Assembly: GCA_964439345.1 (NCBI GenBank)
Contig: CAYTNS010000005.1
Coordinates: forward strand, 1-52,812
Direction: 5' to 3'
DNA: 52,812 nucleotides
DNA from: an uncultured Christensenella sp.
Lineage (GTDB): Bacteria; Bacillota; Clostridia; Christensenellales; UBA1242
In this document: positions 9,643-19,961 of the stretch, one piece after another
Layout: each line of letters begins with the position of its first letter
How positions within the stretch are numbered: position 1 is the stretch's first letter
Program-made: the position numbers and the translations under genes
Notes under the pieces: model-generated
Database searches by the model: none
The model's input: the letters and a program-made list of their open reading frames with translations, nothing else
Told to the model about the DNA's origin: nothing

Positions 9643-10851
9643 CTAAAATACATTTGCAGTACACATAATTAGTGCCACCGTTATAATAAACATAAAGCTA
9701 ATTCCAATAATTATAACAATCGGCAATAGCAAAACCTTGCTAATATCCTGAATAAAGGCAGACATCTTATCTGCTCCCGAAACCTCTAGTACACCCGATG
9801 TCAATTGCAATAATAATTTGTATACAACCATCTTTACAATAGGAGATATAATCATAATAAATAAGATAAATATTGCTACTAAGCCTATAGTATTTTTTAC
9901 TAGTATAGAACCTAGTACGATAAAATCCATTCCATCTGCTACAAACGAGCCAATCAATGGGATATAACTTTTTAGAGCGAATTTTGTGGCTTTGATACTA
10001 ATACTGTCAAACCTACCAGCAGATATACCCTGAATGGATAAAAATCCCGTAAAGAGGGTCAAAACAATCCCAATAACCCACTTAAATGTAGACATAAAAA
10101 ATTTATTGAGTTTGTCTAGTCTAATACTATTTGTTAAATTACCAAGGACTGTAAAAATAAATATTAAGATAAAAATAGGATAAAGCAATTTTTCAAAGAC
10201 AAAATCTACTGCAGTAGTCAGCACAGCAACCAAAGGATTGTATATAGAAATAGACGACATAGAACCAATAGAGACAAGTAGCGTAATAAGTATTGGGAAT
10301 ACTATCTGCATTACATTAGATATACTAGATATCACAGAGGAAACACTAGATAATATATCTTTAAAGGATATTAGTATGAGCATTACAACCACACCATAAC
10401 AAACGAAATAAACCATATCACTAGTGTCATTGCTATCGCTTTTAAATGAATTTAAAATAGAACTAAGTAATCCAATTGCTAAGATAGTAAAAATTAGAGG
10501 TAATAGAGTACGAATATCGACAAAAAATAGAGATAAGATAGCCGAAAAAATACTGGAATAATCAGTGAAATACTCTCCACTAATTATAGAACTAATCTTT
10601 TCCGAAACCGACATTCCAAATAGATTATTAAGTTCTAGTCCAGCAACGATTTCTTCCAGCTCAGATAAATCAATAGAATCAATTATTTCACTAGTAGAAA
10701 CCGAGAGGCTCTCTTCTACATCGTCATCACTAGCACTCACGCAGTATTCGGGCTTAATAAGCAATGAAATAGATAATAAGCAAATAATTAGCACCAAAAA
10801 TATTGTTATTTTCTTTTTTTGCATAGTACTTTTCAAATTATAAAATTTCAT
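9643..10851 (-). CDS. spoIIIAE: Stage III sporulation protein AE
   Basis: Polytopic membrane protein, KATKFALKSYIPLIG, LVKNTIG. Confidence 0.92.
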   Translation of the reverse strand: MKFYNLKSTMQKKKITIFLVLIICLLSISLLIKPEYCVSASDDDVEESLSVSTSEIIDSIDLSELEEIVAGLELNNLFGMSVSEKISSIISGEYFTDYSSIFSAILSLFFVDIRTLLPLIFTILAIGLLSSILNSFKSDSNDTSDMVYFVCYGVVVMLILISFKDILSSVSSVISSISNVMQIVFPILITLLVSIGSMSSISIYNPLVAVLTTAVDFVFEKLLYPIFILIFIFTVLGNLTNSIRLDKLNKFFMSTFKWVIGIVLTLFTGFLSIQGISAGRFDSISIKATKFALKSYIPLIGSFVADGMDFIVLGSILVKNTIGLVAIFILFIMIISPIVKMVVYKLLLQLTSGVLEVSGADKMSAFIQDISKVLLLPIVIIIGISFMFIITVALIMCTANVF

Positions 10852-11231
10852 ATCAAACCCAAAATCATTTCAAATAGATTTTTTACTATAGGCATACTAA
10901 GCAAGAAAATAAGTATCTTCCCTGCAATCAAAACCTTATTGCCGATAGAGGCATTGCCACTATCATTACATATCCCTGCCGAAAATTCTACCAAGTAGCC
11001 CACACCAATTATTTTAAGAAGGATAGTAAATAAGTCTTTATCTATACCCGTTTTATCAACGACCAAATTAAAAAAAGAAAAAATATCAGTCAGAGCATTA
11101 ACCATATAAAGTATCAAAAGTATACTTCCAACTATGATACATAGATAGGCATATTCCGATTTGATAGACTTTAAAAATACCGATAAAATGGAAATAACTA
11201 CTCCTAAAATAACAACTTTTAATAGCTCCAT
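10848..11231 (-). CDS. spoIIIAD: Stage III sporulation protein AD
   Basis: LLKIIGVGYLVEFSAGICNDSG...GKILI...MPI. Confidence 0.93.
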   Translation of the reverse strand: MELLKVVILGVVISILSVFLKSIKSEYAYLCIIVGSILLILYMVNALTDIFSFFNLVVDKTGIDKDLFTILLKIIGVGYLVEFSAGICNDSGNASIGNKVLIAGKILIFLLSMPIVKNLFEMILGLI

Positions 11232-11242
11232 TTTTATCTCTC

Positions 11243-11440
11243 CTAGTAAATACTAAATAAGGTCTTGACAGTAGTAAATAATTCATTAATCATACTAACC
11301 ACCGAGAATAAAACTATTATCACTCCTGCTAGTGTTACGATAGTAGCTATCTCATCTTTACCTGCCATTTTTAGCACCTGATTAATAATGGCAGTCAGCA
11401 CTCCAACTGCTGCAATCTTAAAAATAATATCAATATCCAA
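11243..11440 (-). CDS. spoIIIAC: Stage III sporulation protein AC
   Basis: MDIDIIFKIAAVGVL...LKMAGKDE; 65 aa, TTG start. Confidence 0.93.
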   Translation of the reverse strand: MDIDIIFKIAAVGVLTAIINQVLKMAGKDEIATIVTLAGVIIVLFSVVSMINELFTTVKTLFSIY

Positions 11441-11450
11441 AATTAAACAC

Positions 11451-11900
11451 CTATAATAAAATAATACATATTATTAAGCCCAATCCTAATAAAAGTTTGA
11501 AGTACACCTTCCCCTTTTTCTCAAGGTCCTCCCTTGCGTCCTTTTCCATACTCTCAAATTCTTTTTCATAAAAAGATATATTATCTATCTCATAAGAAGT
11601 ATCGCCCCTGCCTAGACTTTCCCAAAAATTAAGTATAAAATCCCCCACATCTTTTCTAACAAATCTGTATGTTAAATGGGGTTTACCGATAATGTATTTT
11701 GTGATAGTGCTAATCCTCGATGAAGTGGATTTTAGGATATCTCCTATTGAAGACTTTTTAAACGATATATTCCTAGTCAAAGAATTGCAAATATACTTTA
11801 AATCCTTAAAAATTTTAACCCTAAGGTAGTAGTAATAATAAATAGCTATAGCAAAGATTATAAATACTATGAATAAAAGTAATAATAAATATATTTTCAT
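11451..11900 (-). CDS. spoIIIAB: Stage III sporulation protein AB (short, divergent)
   Basis: Position between AA and AC, LG..D motif, C-terminal K.YFKL..GLGLIICIILL. Confidence 0.78.
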   Translation of the reverse strand: MKIYLLLLLFIVFIIFAIAIYYYYYLRVKIFKDLKYICNSLTRNISFKKSSIGDILKSTSSRISTITKYIIGKPHLTYRFVRKDVGDFILNFWESLGRGDTSYEIDNISFYEKEFESMEKDAREDLEKKGKVYFKLLLGLGLIICIILL

Positions 11901-12812
11901 TTAATACCCTATTAGACACATTTTTTCGTCATATACTCCATCTATAGTGCCCACACCATTTTCATTAGATAAAACTATATATCTATCAAATAATGGATAA
12001 CTAGAGGCATTAAAAAGTGGGTTTTTTTCTCTCAAATCAAAAACCGATTTTGCGTGTATTGATGCTACGACACTTACCCCCGAAGTTATGGCATTTTTAA
12101 TATCAAGAATATCTCTATCTATATCAATTTCGTCCGTCACTATTACCGATGGTTTCATACTCCTGATTCCATTATTAAAGGCATATTTTTTAGAGGAATT
12201 AGATATAACATCGATATTACTAAGCCTAAATACCTCTTTACCATTGAATATTTCTGCTAGTTCCTGTCTTTCATCGACAACTAGAATATTGAGATACTTT
12301 TCCCTTTGGGTTAATTGATATATCAAATCCCTAAGTAATGTAGTTTTTCCAGCCCCTGGGGGAGATATAATAAGTGTATTTCTACATCTGCCATTTGACA
12401 CTATGTAATTATATATAGGTAGGCTACAATTCTTCACATTATGAGGAAATCTAAAATTAAGCGAAGAGATATTTTTTATAGTTTTTATTTTGCCATCATT
12501 TTGCACCACCTCGCCACATACACCCACTCTAATACCTCCGGGTATAGTAACGAAACCATCTATTAATTGGTCATTAATAGTATAAAGGGAATTATTGCTA
12601 AGTTTCTGAATAACCGATTGTAAAAAGCCTCTAGATACTGTAAAAGCTTCCTCCATATCCTCTGTAATTCCCCTGCTAGATATATAATGATTTTCGCCCG
12701 AAATATTGGCTATAACGGGACTTCCTGCCCTCAGCCTTAATTCGCATAGACTTCTATATGTAATGCCGTCCAGTGCCCCGCTAAGTTCGGGGAAAAGATA
12801 ATTTTCTAACAA
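11901..12812 (-). CDS. spoIIIAA: Stage III sporulation protein AA (ATPase)
   Basis: ELRLR, GFVTIPGGIRVGVCG, SPPGAGKTTLLRD, VDER.E, RSM.P..I..DEI. Confidence 0.95.
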   Translation of the reverse strand: MLENYLFPELSGALDGITYRSLCELRLRAGSPVIANISGENHYISSRGITEDMEEAFTVSRGFLQSVIQKLSNNSLYTINDQLIDGFVTIPGGIRVGVCGEVVQNDGKIKTIKNISSLNFRFPHNVKNCSLPIYNYIVSNGRCRNTLIISPPGAGKTTLLRDLIYQLTQREKYLNILVVDERQELAEIFNGKEVFRLSNIDVISNSSKKYAFNNGIRSMKPSVIVTDEIDIDRDILDIKNAITSGVSVVASIHAKSVFDLREKNPLFNASSYPLFDRYIVLSNENGVGTIDGVYDEKMCLIGY

Positions 12813-12948
12813 TTTACCACCTCTTTTTTAGTAGTATATTTTTGTAAAATTTATTTTATTAAGCAAAAAAAGATATCCTTTATAATTAGATTTGGATATC
12901 TTTTAAATTTCAACAAATATTAAGTTTTTGCCCTTTTATCTTACATCT

Positions 12949-13794
12949 TTAGATAGAATTATAAATATTTTTTAAAATGATTGCATCTCTAGCCATATAT
13001 TCCCTAGATTCACATATAACCCTGCAATTTAGGTCGTACTCCTTTAGCAGCCTTGCTAGTGGCTCAAATTCTGGGCCATACAAGGTGTCTTCTAGTGTAA
13101 GGTGCTTAACCTCGCCCTTTGCACCGTACTCAATTTTGCTAAAATGGATATGTGCAATATTGGTTCTCTCCCTGCCTATAACCTCAATACTCCTATCTAT
13201 TATCTTTCTATAGTCATCGATAGTTTTTAGTGAACCTTGAGTTAGTGCATTAATATGCCCAAAGTCAAATGTTGGGATATATTTATCATAGATAGTACAA
13301 AAATCTAAAATCTCCTCGTAAGTGCCTATTTGAGCCGACTTACCCATAGTCTCTAAGCAAATATAGCAATCATCGTAACCATTCTCTATTATCTTATCTT
13401 TGAGTATAGCCAATCTCTTTTTAGTAAGCTCTACAGCCTCTTCCCTCGTCATTTTGCCCTGAGATGCTGGGTGTACAACTAATCTATTGCCACCCAAAAG
13501 TTTCAATTTTCTTAGGCTTTCTAGTACATAATTATAGCTTTTTTCTGCCATTTCTTCAGTCGGAGTGGCAAAATTAATATAATATGGAGCGTGAACAGAA
13601 ATGGCTATACCATATTTCTTCATCTCCTGACCTATTAGCACTGCTGTGTCATCGGGCAAAGTAAAACCTTTGCCAAAGGAATACTCATAAGCATCTAGAT
13701 TTTTCTCTTTTAACCACTTAGGCGCTTCTAATGTTCTCTTATACCCCTCATCGTGAAAGGTTTTGCAATTTCCTGCTGGACCAAATGTAACCAT
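12949..13794 (-). CDS. nfo: Endonuclease IV / AP endonuclease family 2 TIM-barrel protein
   Basis: FGPAG start, HAPYYINF, VVHP, LETMGK, DFGH, HIHFSKIEY, EVKH metal-ligand motifs. Confidence 0.8.
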   Translation of the reverse strand: MVTFGPAGNCKTFHDEGYKRTLEAPKWLKEKNLDAYEYSFGKGFTLPDDTAVLIGQEMKKYGIAISVHAPYYINFATPTEEMAEKSYNYVLESLRKLKLLGGNRLVVHPASQGKMTREEAVELTKKRLAILKDKIIENGYDDCYICLETMGKSAQIGTYEEILDFCTIYDKYIPTFDFGHINALTQGSLKTIDDYRKIIDRSIEVIGRERTNIAHIHFSKIEYGAKGEVKHLTLEDTLYGPEFEPLARLLKEYDLNCRVICESREYMARDAIILKNIYNSI

Positions 13795-13796
13795 AT

Positions 13797-14654
13797 TTAT
13801 TCTCCTAAAAATGTATCTAATTTTAATGTATTATCGTCTTTTTTAGCAATTCCCACTAACACTCCATCACACATAACAAATGAATCTTTAGGAATACTAC
13901 CATAATTTAACCTTATGCCGTTTCGTAATTTTGAATAATCACTTGCATTTATATCTATTTTGCCTAGGAATTTAAAGACATCTTGAGGTGCAAGTAATAT
14001 TTTATCTATACTATCACACTCCAAACACTTATCTAAATCAATGGCATTATCTATATTAAATTCACCTGCCATTACCCTATTTAAGGCAGTCATAGTGGCT
14101 AGGCTTCCCAATTTTTCAGCGAGATCCCTGCCAATTGCTCTAATATACGTTCCCGAAGAGCACTCTATATAAAATGAAAATTCTTTATTGCTTAACTCAT
14201 CTAGCATATCAAATTTATAAATAGTTATCTCTTTAGGCTTTAATTCAAATTCTACACCCTCTCTAGCTAAATCATAAGCCCTCCTGCCATTTACATTTTT
14301 GGCACTGTATTGTGGAGGCATCTGTGATTGTTCACCCAAAAATAACGGCAAAATAGCCAAAATATCGGCTTTAGAGGGAATAGCGTCGGTCGAAGAAAGT
14401 ATAGTACCTGTAGCATCTAATGTGTCTGTAATTTCGCCAAACTTAAATGTAGCAATGTAGCCTTTTTTCTTAGACAGCGAATATTCAAAGAGTCTAGTAG
14501 CCTTGCCAATTGCTAGTGGCAAAACACCCGATGCCATAGGGTCTAGAGTGCCAAAGTGTCCTATTTTATCTAGCTTAAATCTCTTTTTAACCTTTTGAAC
14601 TACTGCATTACTAGTCATTCCAGAAGGCTTATTTATATTTAAAAATCCTAACAT
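13797..14654 (-). CDS. truB: tRNA pseudouridine-55 synthase
   Basis: NKPSGMTS, GHFGTLDPMASGVL, PPQYSA, CSSGTYIR. Confidence 0.97.
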   Translation of the reverse strand: MLGFLNINKPSGMTSNAVVQKVKKRFKLDKIGHFGTLDPMASGVLPLAIGKATRLFEYSLSKKKGYIATFKFGEITDTLDATGTILSSTDAIPSKADILAILPLFLGEQSQMPPQYSAKNVNGRRAYDLAREGVEFELKPKEITIYKFDMLDELSNKEFSFYIECSSGTYIRAIGRDLAEKLGSLATMTALNRVMAGEFNIDNAIDLDKCLECDSIDKILLAPQDVFKFLGKIDINASDYSKLRNGIRLNYGSIPKDSFVMCDGVLVGIAKKDDNTLKLDTFLGE

Positions 14655-14705
14655 TTTTTAACCTCTAACTGTAATTCATTATATCAAAATAATAGATTAT
14701 TTCAA

Positions 14706-14750
14706 AATAAAAATACTGCCAAATATCTAAGATAATATTTGACAGTATAA
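14706..14750 (-). terminator. Intrinsic terminator after rbfA
   Basis: ATACTGTCAAATAT...ATATTTGGCAGTAT followed by TTTTATTTT. Confidence 0.65.
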
Positions 14751-14755
14751 ATTTA

Positions 14756-15100
14756 TTAATTTTCATTATTAATTTTATTTAATGTTTCTTCTATCCTTTG
14801 ACCATAATCATAACTAGTATCTAGATAGAAAGTTAGGAATGGAACTTTTCTCAAATCAACTGCTCTAGCTAGTTCTCTTCTAATAAAACCTGCCGAGTGT
14901 TTAATCTGATTAAATACCTCTTCTCTAGTTTTTTCATCAAAGATGGAAATATATACTTTACACTGTTCCAAATCGGTAGTCGTATCTACCTTTGTAACAG
15001 ATATTAAGCCCTTTATTAGAGGATTTTTCATCTCGTAGGTAAGGATATTACTTAGTGCTTTTTGAATTTCACTATTAACCCTTAAAATTCTTTCACTCAT
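14756..15100 (-). CDS. rbfA: Ribosome-binding factor A
   Basis: RILRVNSEI, DL..CKVY, AGFIRRELA..LRKVP.L.F..D. Confidence 0.96.
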   Translation of the reverse strand: MSERILRVNSEIQKALSNILTYEMKNPLIKGLISVTKVDTTTDLEQCKVYISIFDEKTREEVFNQIKHSAGFIRRELARAVDLRKVPFLTFYLDTSYDYGQRIEETLNKINNEN

Positions 15101-15110
15101 CGTACCCCTC

Positions 15111-17630
15111 CTAAATTTGTTTTAAGCTATATGCCTCTAAGATATCTCCAACCTCGATATCATTAAAGTTCTTAAGTTTGATACCACACTCATATCCTGC
15201 CTTAACAGTCTTAGCTTGGTCTTTTTGTTGTTGTAATGTATCGATTGCTGTATCGCAGATAACTTCGCCCTTTCTAAGCACTCTAATCTTGCTATCTCTA
15301 TTAACTAGTCCATCTAGTACATAGCTACCAGCAATATTACCTATGCTACTGATTTTGAATATCTGTCTAACCTCAATGTGTCCGTCAACAACTTCCTCAT
15401 ATTTAGGAGCCATCATTCCATTGATTCTAGCAGTAACATCATCTACAGCATTGTATATAACTTTGTATAGGTCTATCTCAACTTTGTTTCTCTCAGCTAG
15501 AGCCTTAGCCTTTGCCTCAGGCTTAACATTGAAGCCTATAAGCATTGCTTTACTAGCAGATGCTAGTATTACATCACTTTCGTTGATTCCACCTACACCC
15601 GAGTGAATTACTTGAACTTTTGCCTCATCATTATGGATTTTCTCTAATGTCGATTTTACAGCCTCACAAGAGCCCTTAACATCGGCTTTGATAATAATCT
15701 TAAGTACTTTCATCTCACTATCAGCAGATTGCTGTAAGAAGTCCTCAAAAGTAACTCCTGTACCATGTTCAATCTTTTCTAATTGCAATTTGCTATTTCT
15801 CTCATCGACTATAGCCTTTGCCATCTTTTCATCTACAGCATAAGCCATATCTCCAGCCTCTGGAACGGAATTTAAGCCTAATACAGACACTGGCATACTA
15901 GGACCAGCCTTGGTTACAGCATTGCCCTTGTAATCCATCATAGCTCTTATTCTACCCGAAGATACACCACTGACTATAAAGTCACCTATTTTAAGTGTAC
16001 CATTTTTGATAAGAATAGTAGCAACTATACCTCTACCCTTATCTACTTTACTCTCGATAACTGTTCCACTAGCATCTTGAGTACTATCACACTTAAGCTC
16101 TAGAACTTCTGCTACAAGTAGTACAGACTCTAGCAATTTATCGATATTTTGATTGAATTTAGCTGAAATAGGAACAAAGATAACATCTCCACCCCATTCT
16201 TCTGGAACAACATTATATTCGGTCAATTGTTGTTTGATTCTATCCATATTGGCATCTGGCTTATCCATCTTATTGACAGCAACAATCATAGGAACACCGG
16301 CAGCCTTGATGTGATTGATAGCCTCTACAGTCTGTGGCATTACACCATCATCGGCAGCAACTACTAGGATAGCAATATCTGTAAGCTTAGCACCTCTAGC
16401 TCTGATAGCAGTAAATGCTTCGTGTCCTGGGGTATCAATAAATGTAATCATATTGCCATTTACATCTACAGTATAAGCACCTATATGCTGAGTAATTCCA
16501 CCAGCCTCACCCTCGATAACATTAGTCTTTCTAATAGCATCTAGCAGTGATGTTTTACCGTGGTCTACGTGACCCATAACGGTTACAACTGGTGACCTAA
16601 CCTCTTTGTTTTGAGATTGGTTATCAAACATCTCGTGCAATTTTTCTTCCATATTTTTGGATACTTTATGTTCTAGAGTTACACCAAATTCTTGAGCAAC
16701 TAATTCGGCAGTCTCATAATCAATAACACTATTGATATTAGGCATCATTCCTAGCATCATAAATTTCTTAATTATATCTACAGCAGGTTTACCAATCTTC
16801 TCAGATAAAATCTTAACAGTTAGATTATCGGTATCAATTACAGCCTTATCAATTACAGTCTTTTCTGGAACAACTACTGTCTTAGGTTTTTTGGTCTTAG
16901 TTCTGATTCTGCCCATTCTGGTCTCACCATCAATATCATAATCTTCCTCAATATCGATATAACCCATCTTGATTTTAGCCTTTTTGCTAAGTTCCTTTTT
17001 CTCGGTATCAAAGGTCTTAGTTTTATTTTTATTGCCGAAAGTTCTATCATTTTTAACAGCAATAGGCTCTAAAATCTCTGGTTTAGAAGCCATTTTAGGC
17101 TTAAATCCATTATTATCTCTAGGAACAAAAGGTTTCTTTTCAAAAGGTTTTCCGTCTTTATTAAATGCACCCTTATTATCTCTACCGTCTCTATTAGGTC
17201 TATTATCTCTATTATCCCTATTATCCCTATTGAATCTATTAGCACCGTCAGCCTTATTAAACTCTCTCTGAGGTTTTCCATTATTGAATGAGTCTTTTGG
17301 CTTATTTACGTTACTAGCAACTTTCACAAAAGTCTTTTCGGGAGCAGATGACTTCTCAGGAGCGATAGCCTCTTTTTGAGCTACTGGAGCGACCTCAGCC
17401 TTAACCTCTGGTTCTACTACTTTAGTTTCCTTTGCCTTTACAGTAGCCTCGGTAGATAATAATTTTTGTTCGTGAGTTTTCAATGCCTTGCAAAAAGTCT
17501 CCAAAGCCGTTTTTGACTTTGAGATACTAGATACTATTGAATTTAATTCACTTCCACTAAGTATTCCACTTAATTTTTTTAAGTTCTCAAAACTTGTAGA
17601 ACTCTGCTTGTTTGTTTCTTTATTTTCCAA
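15111..17630 (-). CDS. infB: Translation initiation factor IF-2
   Basis: [36 protein letters not shown]; TTG start. Confidence 0.98.
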   Translation of the reverse strand: MENKETNKQSSTSFENLKKLSGILSGSELNSIVSSISKSKTALETFCKALKTHEQKLLSTEATVKAKETKVVEPEVKAEVAPVAQKEAIAPEKSSAPEKTFVKVASNVNKPKDSFNNGKPQREFNKADGANRFNRDNRDNRDNRPNRDGRDNKGAFNKDGKPFEKKPFVPRDNNGFKPKMASKPEILEPIAVKNDRTFGNKNKTKTFDTEKKELSKKAKIKMGYIDIEEDYDIDGETRMGRIRTKTKKPKTVVVPEKTVIDKAVIDTDNLTVKILSEKIGKPAVDIIKKFMMLGMMPNINSVIDYETAELVAQEFGVTLEHKVSKNMEEKLHEMFDNQSQNKEVRSPVVTVMGHVDHGKTSLLDAIRKTNVIEGEAGGITQHIGAYTVDVNGNMITFIDTPGHEAFTAIRARGAKLTDIAILVVAADDGVMPQTVEAINHIKAAGVPMIVAVNKMDKPDANMDRIKQQLTEYNVVPEEWGGDVIFVPISAKFNQNIDKLLESVLLVAEVLELKCDSTQDASGTVIESKVDKGRGIVATILIKNGTLKIGDFIVSGVSSGRIRAMMDYKGNAVTKAGPSMPVSVLGLNSVPEAGDMAYAVDEKMAKAIVDERNSKLQLEKIEHGTGVTFEDFLQQSADSEMKVLKIIIKADVKGSCEAVKSTLEKIHNDEAKVQVIHSGVGGINESDVILASASKAMLIGFNVKPEAKAKALAERNKVEIDLYKVIYNAVDDVTARINGMMAPKYEEVVDGHIEVRQIFKISSIGNIAGSYVLDGLVNRDSKIRVLRKGEVICDTAIDTLQQQKDQAKTVKAGYECGIKLKNFNDIEVGDILEAYSLKQI

Positions 17631-17662
17631 ATTAACCTCACATAAAATATCTATAAAATATT

Positions 17663-17959
17663 TTAATTTTCCACTTTCAATTCATTATATATAGCATCTG
17701 ATAGACTCCTATCAAGCACTGATATCACCTTACAATTTCGCCCCAGCAAATCCTCTAGAACGAATGGCAATTTAATACATTTAATCTTTCTTTCCATAGC
17801 AAAGGCTATTACCTTATCGGTCATCTTTTCATTCTGAGATGAAGATATTAAGATAAGGAGAGGAGACTTTTTGGTTACAAATAAATTGTCATAACCAAAT
17901 ATAACCTTGCCACTCCTAATTGCAAATCCTAGATACGATTTAATCTTGTTTGTGTCCAA
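17663..17959 (-). CDS. ylxQ: L7Ae/L30e-like RNA-binding protein (YlxQ)
   Basis: YLGFAIRSGKVIFG; position between ylxR and infB. Confidence 0.82.
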   Translation of the reverse strand: MDTNKIKSYLGFAIRSGKVIFGYDNLFVTKKSPLLILISSSQNEKMTDKVIAFAMERKIKCIKLPFVLEDLLGRNCKVISVLDRSLSDAIYNELKVEN

Positions 17960-18212
17960 AGTATTGCTCCTTTATCTTTTCATAAGTTTCACTAGGAACA
18001 TTTTGTTTAAATGCTTTACTTAAGACCTTGGCTTTAATACATTTTTGTAAGCATTCATCACTATTACAAATATATGCACCTCTGCCATTTAATTTGCCTG
18101 TAAAGTCTAGAGTAAGACCATCGGGGGCATTAACTATTCTAATTAATTCCTTTTTAGGCTTACTCTCTTTACATACAATACACATTCTTAAAGGCACTTT
18201 TTTATTAATCAT
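17940..18212 (-). CDS. ylxR: YlxR/RnpM family RNA-binding protein
   Basis: PLRMCIVC..K.KKELIRIV, GRGAYIC. Confidence 0.95.
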   Translation of the reverse strand: MINKKVPLRMCIVCKESKPKKELIRIVNAPDGLTLDFTGKLNGRGAYICNSDECLQKCIKAKVLSKAFKQNVPSETYEKIKEQYFGHKQD

Positions 18213-18222
18213 ATTATCACCC

Positions 18223-19353
18223 TTAGTTTATATCGTCAAAAGCATCTGAACCATCATCAAATAGATTGTCGTAGTTCTCTACCTCTTTAGTAGATTCCTC
18301 TAGGTTTAGAGATGGAACAGCAGACTTAGCTTTAACATCTATCTTCCAACCAGTTAATCTAGCAGCAAGTCTAACATTTTGACCAGACTTACCTATAGCT
18401 AGGCTTAGTTTATCATCTGGAACAACGGCAAGTGATGTCTTGTCCTCGATATTTGTGTGGATATAAAGTACAGTTGCAGGACTAAGAGCAGATACGATAT
18501 ACTCACCAGCATCTTCGCTATATGGAACGATATCTATCTTTTCTCCACCTAGTTCATTTACTATCTCATTTACTCTCATTCCCTTGTTACCTACACAAGC
18601 ACCAATGCAATCGATAGTTTTGTTACTGCTATATACAGACATCTTAGTTCTGTATCCAGCCTCTCTAACGATATTCTTGATAACAATCTCACCACTAGCA
18701 ATCTCTGGAACTTCTAGTTCAAATAGTTTTCTTACGAAACTAGCTGAGCTTCTAGATAATTGTACAAATGGAGCATTGTAACCCTCTTTAACAGTCTTTA
18801 CAACTACCTTGATTCTTTGGTTGATAGCATACTTCTCACCAGGGATTTGGTCCTTAGGTCCTAGCACACCTTCAACCTCAGTCATACCTAGGTCAACATA
18901 AACTGTGCCATTATCAATTCTTCTGATAATTCCAGTAACTAATTCGTCTTGCTTAGTATTAACCTCGTCCATTACTCTGCTTCTTTCAGCTTCTCTAATT
19001 CTCTGCATAATTACCTGCTTAGCAGTTTGAGCAGCGATTCTACCAAAGTTCTTAGGAGTTTCCTCTTGAAGTACAGTATCTCCTACCTTGTAGCTCTTCT
19101 TTATAAGTCTAGCTTCTGCTAGGCTAATCTCTTTGTCACTATCCAAAACTTCTTCAACAACTGTTTTGTAAGAATAGATCTTGATAGTATTTTTCTCTGG
19201 GTTCAATTTAACGAAAGCACTCTTTGCCTCGCCAATATTTTTCTTGTAAGCGCTAGTAAGTGCAGATTCTAGTGCCTCCATAAAATATTCTTGATTGATT
19301 CCCTTCTGTTCTTCTAAATCTTTTAATGCTTGAAAAAAGTCCTTATTAACCAT
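18223..19353 (-). CDS. nusA: Transcription elongation factor NusA
   Basis: FGRIAAQTAKQV, REAGYRTK, GACVG, LSLAIGKSGQNVRLAARLTGWKIDV. Confidence 0.98.
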   Translation of the reverse strand: MVNKDFFQALKDLEEQKGINQEYFMEALESALTSAYKKNIGEAKSAFVKLNPEKNTIKIYSYKTVVEEVLDSDKEISLAEARLIKKSYKVGDTVLQEETPKNFGRIAAQTAKQVIMQRIREAERSRVMDEVNTKQDELVTGIIRRIDNGTVYVDLGMTEVEGVLGPKDQIPGEKYAINQRIKVVVKTVKEGYNAPFVQLSRSSASFVRKLFELEVPEIASGEIVIKNIVREAGYRTKMSVYSSNKTIDCIGACVGNKGMRVNEIVNELGGEKIDIVPYSEDAGEYIVSALSPATVLYIHTNIEDKTSLAVVPDDKLSLAIGKSGQNVRLAARLTGWKIDVKAKSAVPSLNLEESTKEVENYDNLFDDGSDAFDDIN

Positions 19354-19367
19354 TTAAAAATTTCCTC

Positions 19368-19829
19368 CTAAAACTCTATGTGAGCACAAATATTAGCAAT
19401 TAACTTTCTTTCTATAATCTTTTCATTGCCATCTAGTGATACAGTGATTGATTTATCATCGAATGCTAGTAGACTAGCAGTTAGCAATTTTTTACCCTCG
19501 AATGGTGCATAAAATTTGATATCCACTAATTTACCTATATGTTTATTATAATCATAATCGGTCTTAAAATTTCTATCTAGACCATAAGACGATACATTAA
19601 AATTGTAAGGTCTGCCATCGGTGATATCATTTTCATCTAGAGGAATATCTAATGCCTTAGAAACCCTCTCACAATCATTTATGGTGATACCCGATTCTTG
19701 ATCAATTGTTAGCTCTAAAACATTGCCTGTGTGGTCCTTTCTATATTCCAAATCCACATACACATATCCTAGTTCCTCGACAATCGGTCTAATTATTTTC
19801 TCTGCTCTATCTACAACTCTCTCAGCCAT
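19368..19829 (-). CDS. rimP: Ribosome maturation factor RimP
   Basis: GITINDCERVSKAL, Y...VSSYGLDR; start moved to ATG 19829 behind AGGAG. Confidence 0.93.
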   Translation of the reverse strand: MAERVVDRAEKIIRPIVEELGYVYVDLEYRKDHTGNVLELTIDQESGITINDCERVSKALDIPLDENDITDGRPYNFNVSSYGLDRNFKTDYDYNKHIGKLVDIKFYAPFEGKKLLTASLLAFDDKSITVSLDGNEKIIERKLIANICAHIEF

Positions 19830-19850
19830 ACACACTCCTAAGCAAAATTT

Positions 19851-19883
19851 AAGAGTGAACCTCAAATCAAGATGTTCACTCTA
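19851..19883 (-). promoter_or_regulatory. rimP leader hairpin
   Basis: AGAGTGAAC...GTTCACTCTT hairpin just upstream of rimP, resembling the AGAGTG..CACTCT rimP leader of Firmicutes. Confidence 0.65.
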
Positions 19884-19961
19884 ATAATCTAGTATTAACA
19901 TAATTATAATAACATAATAAATAACTAAAATCAAGGTTTTTCCCTAAATAATCTAGTATTT

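Noticed and set aside
17170-17240. 9-bp tandem repeats encoding NRD-NRD-NRP in infB
   Set aside because: Low-complexity repeats are normal in the variable IF-2 N-terminal region
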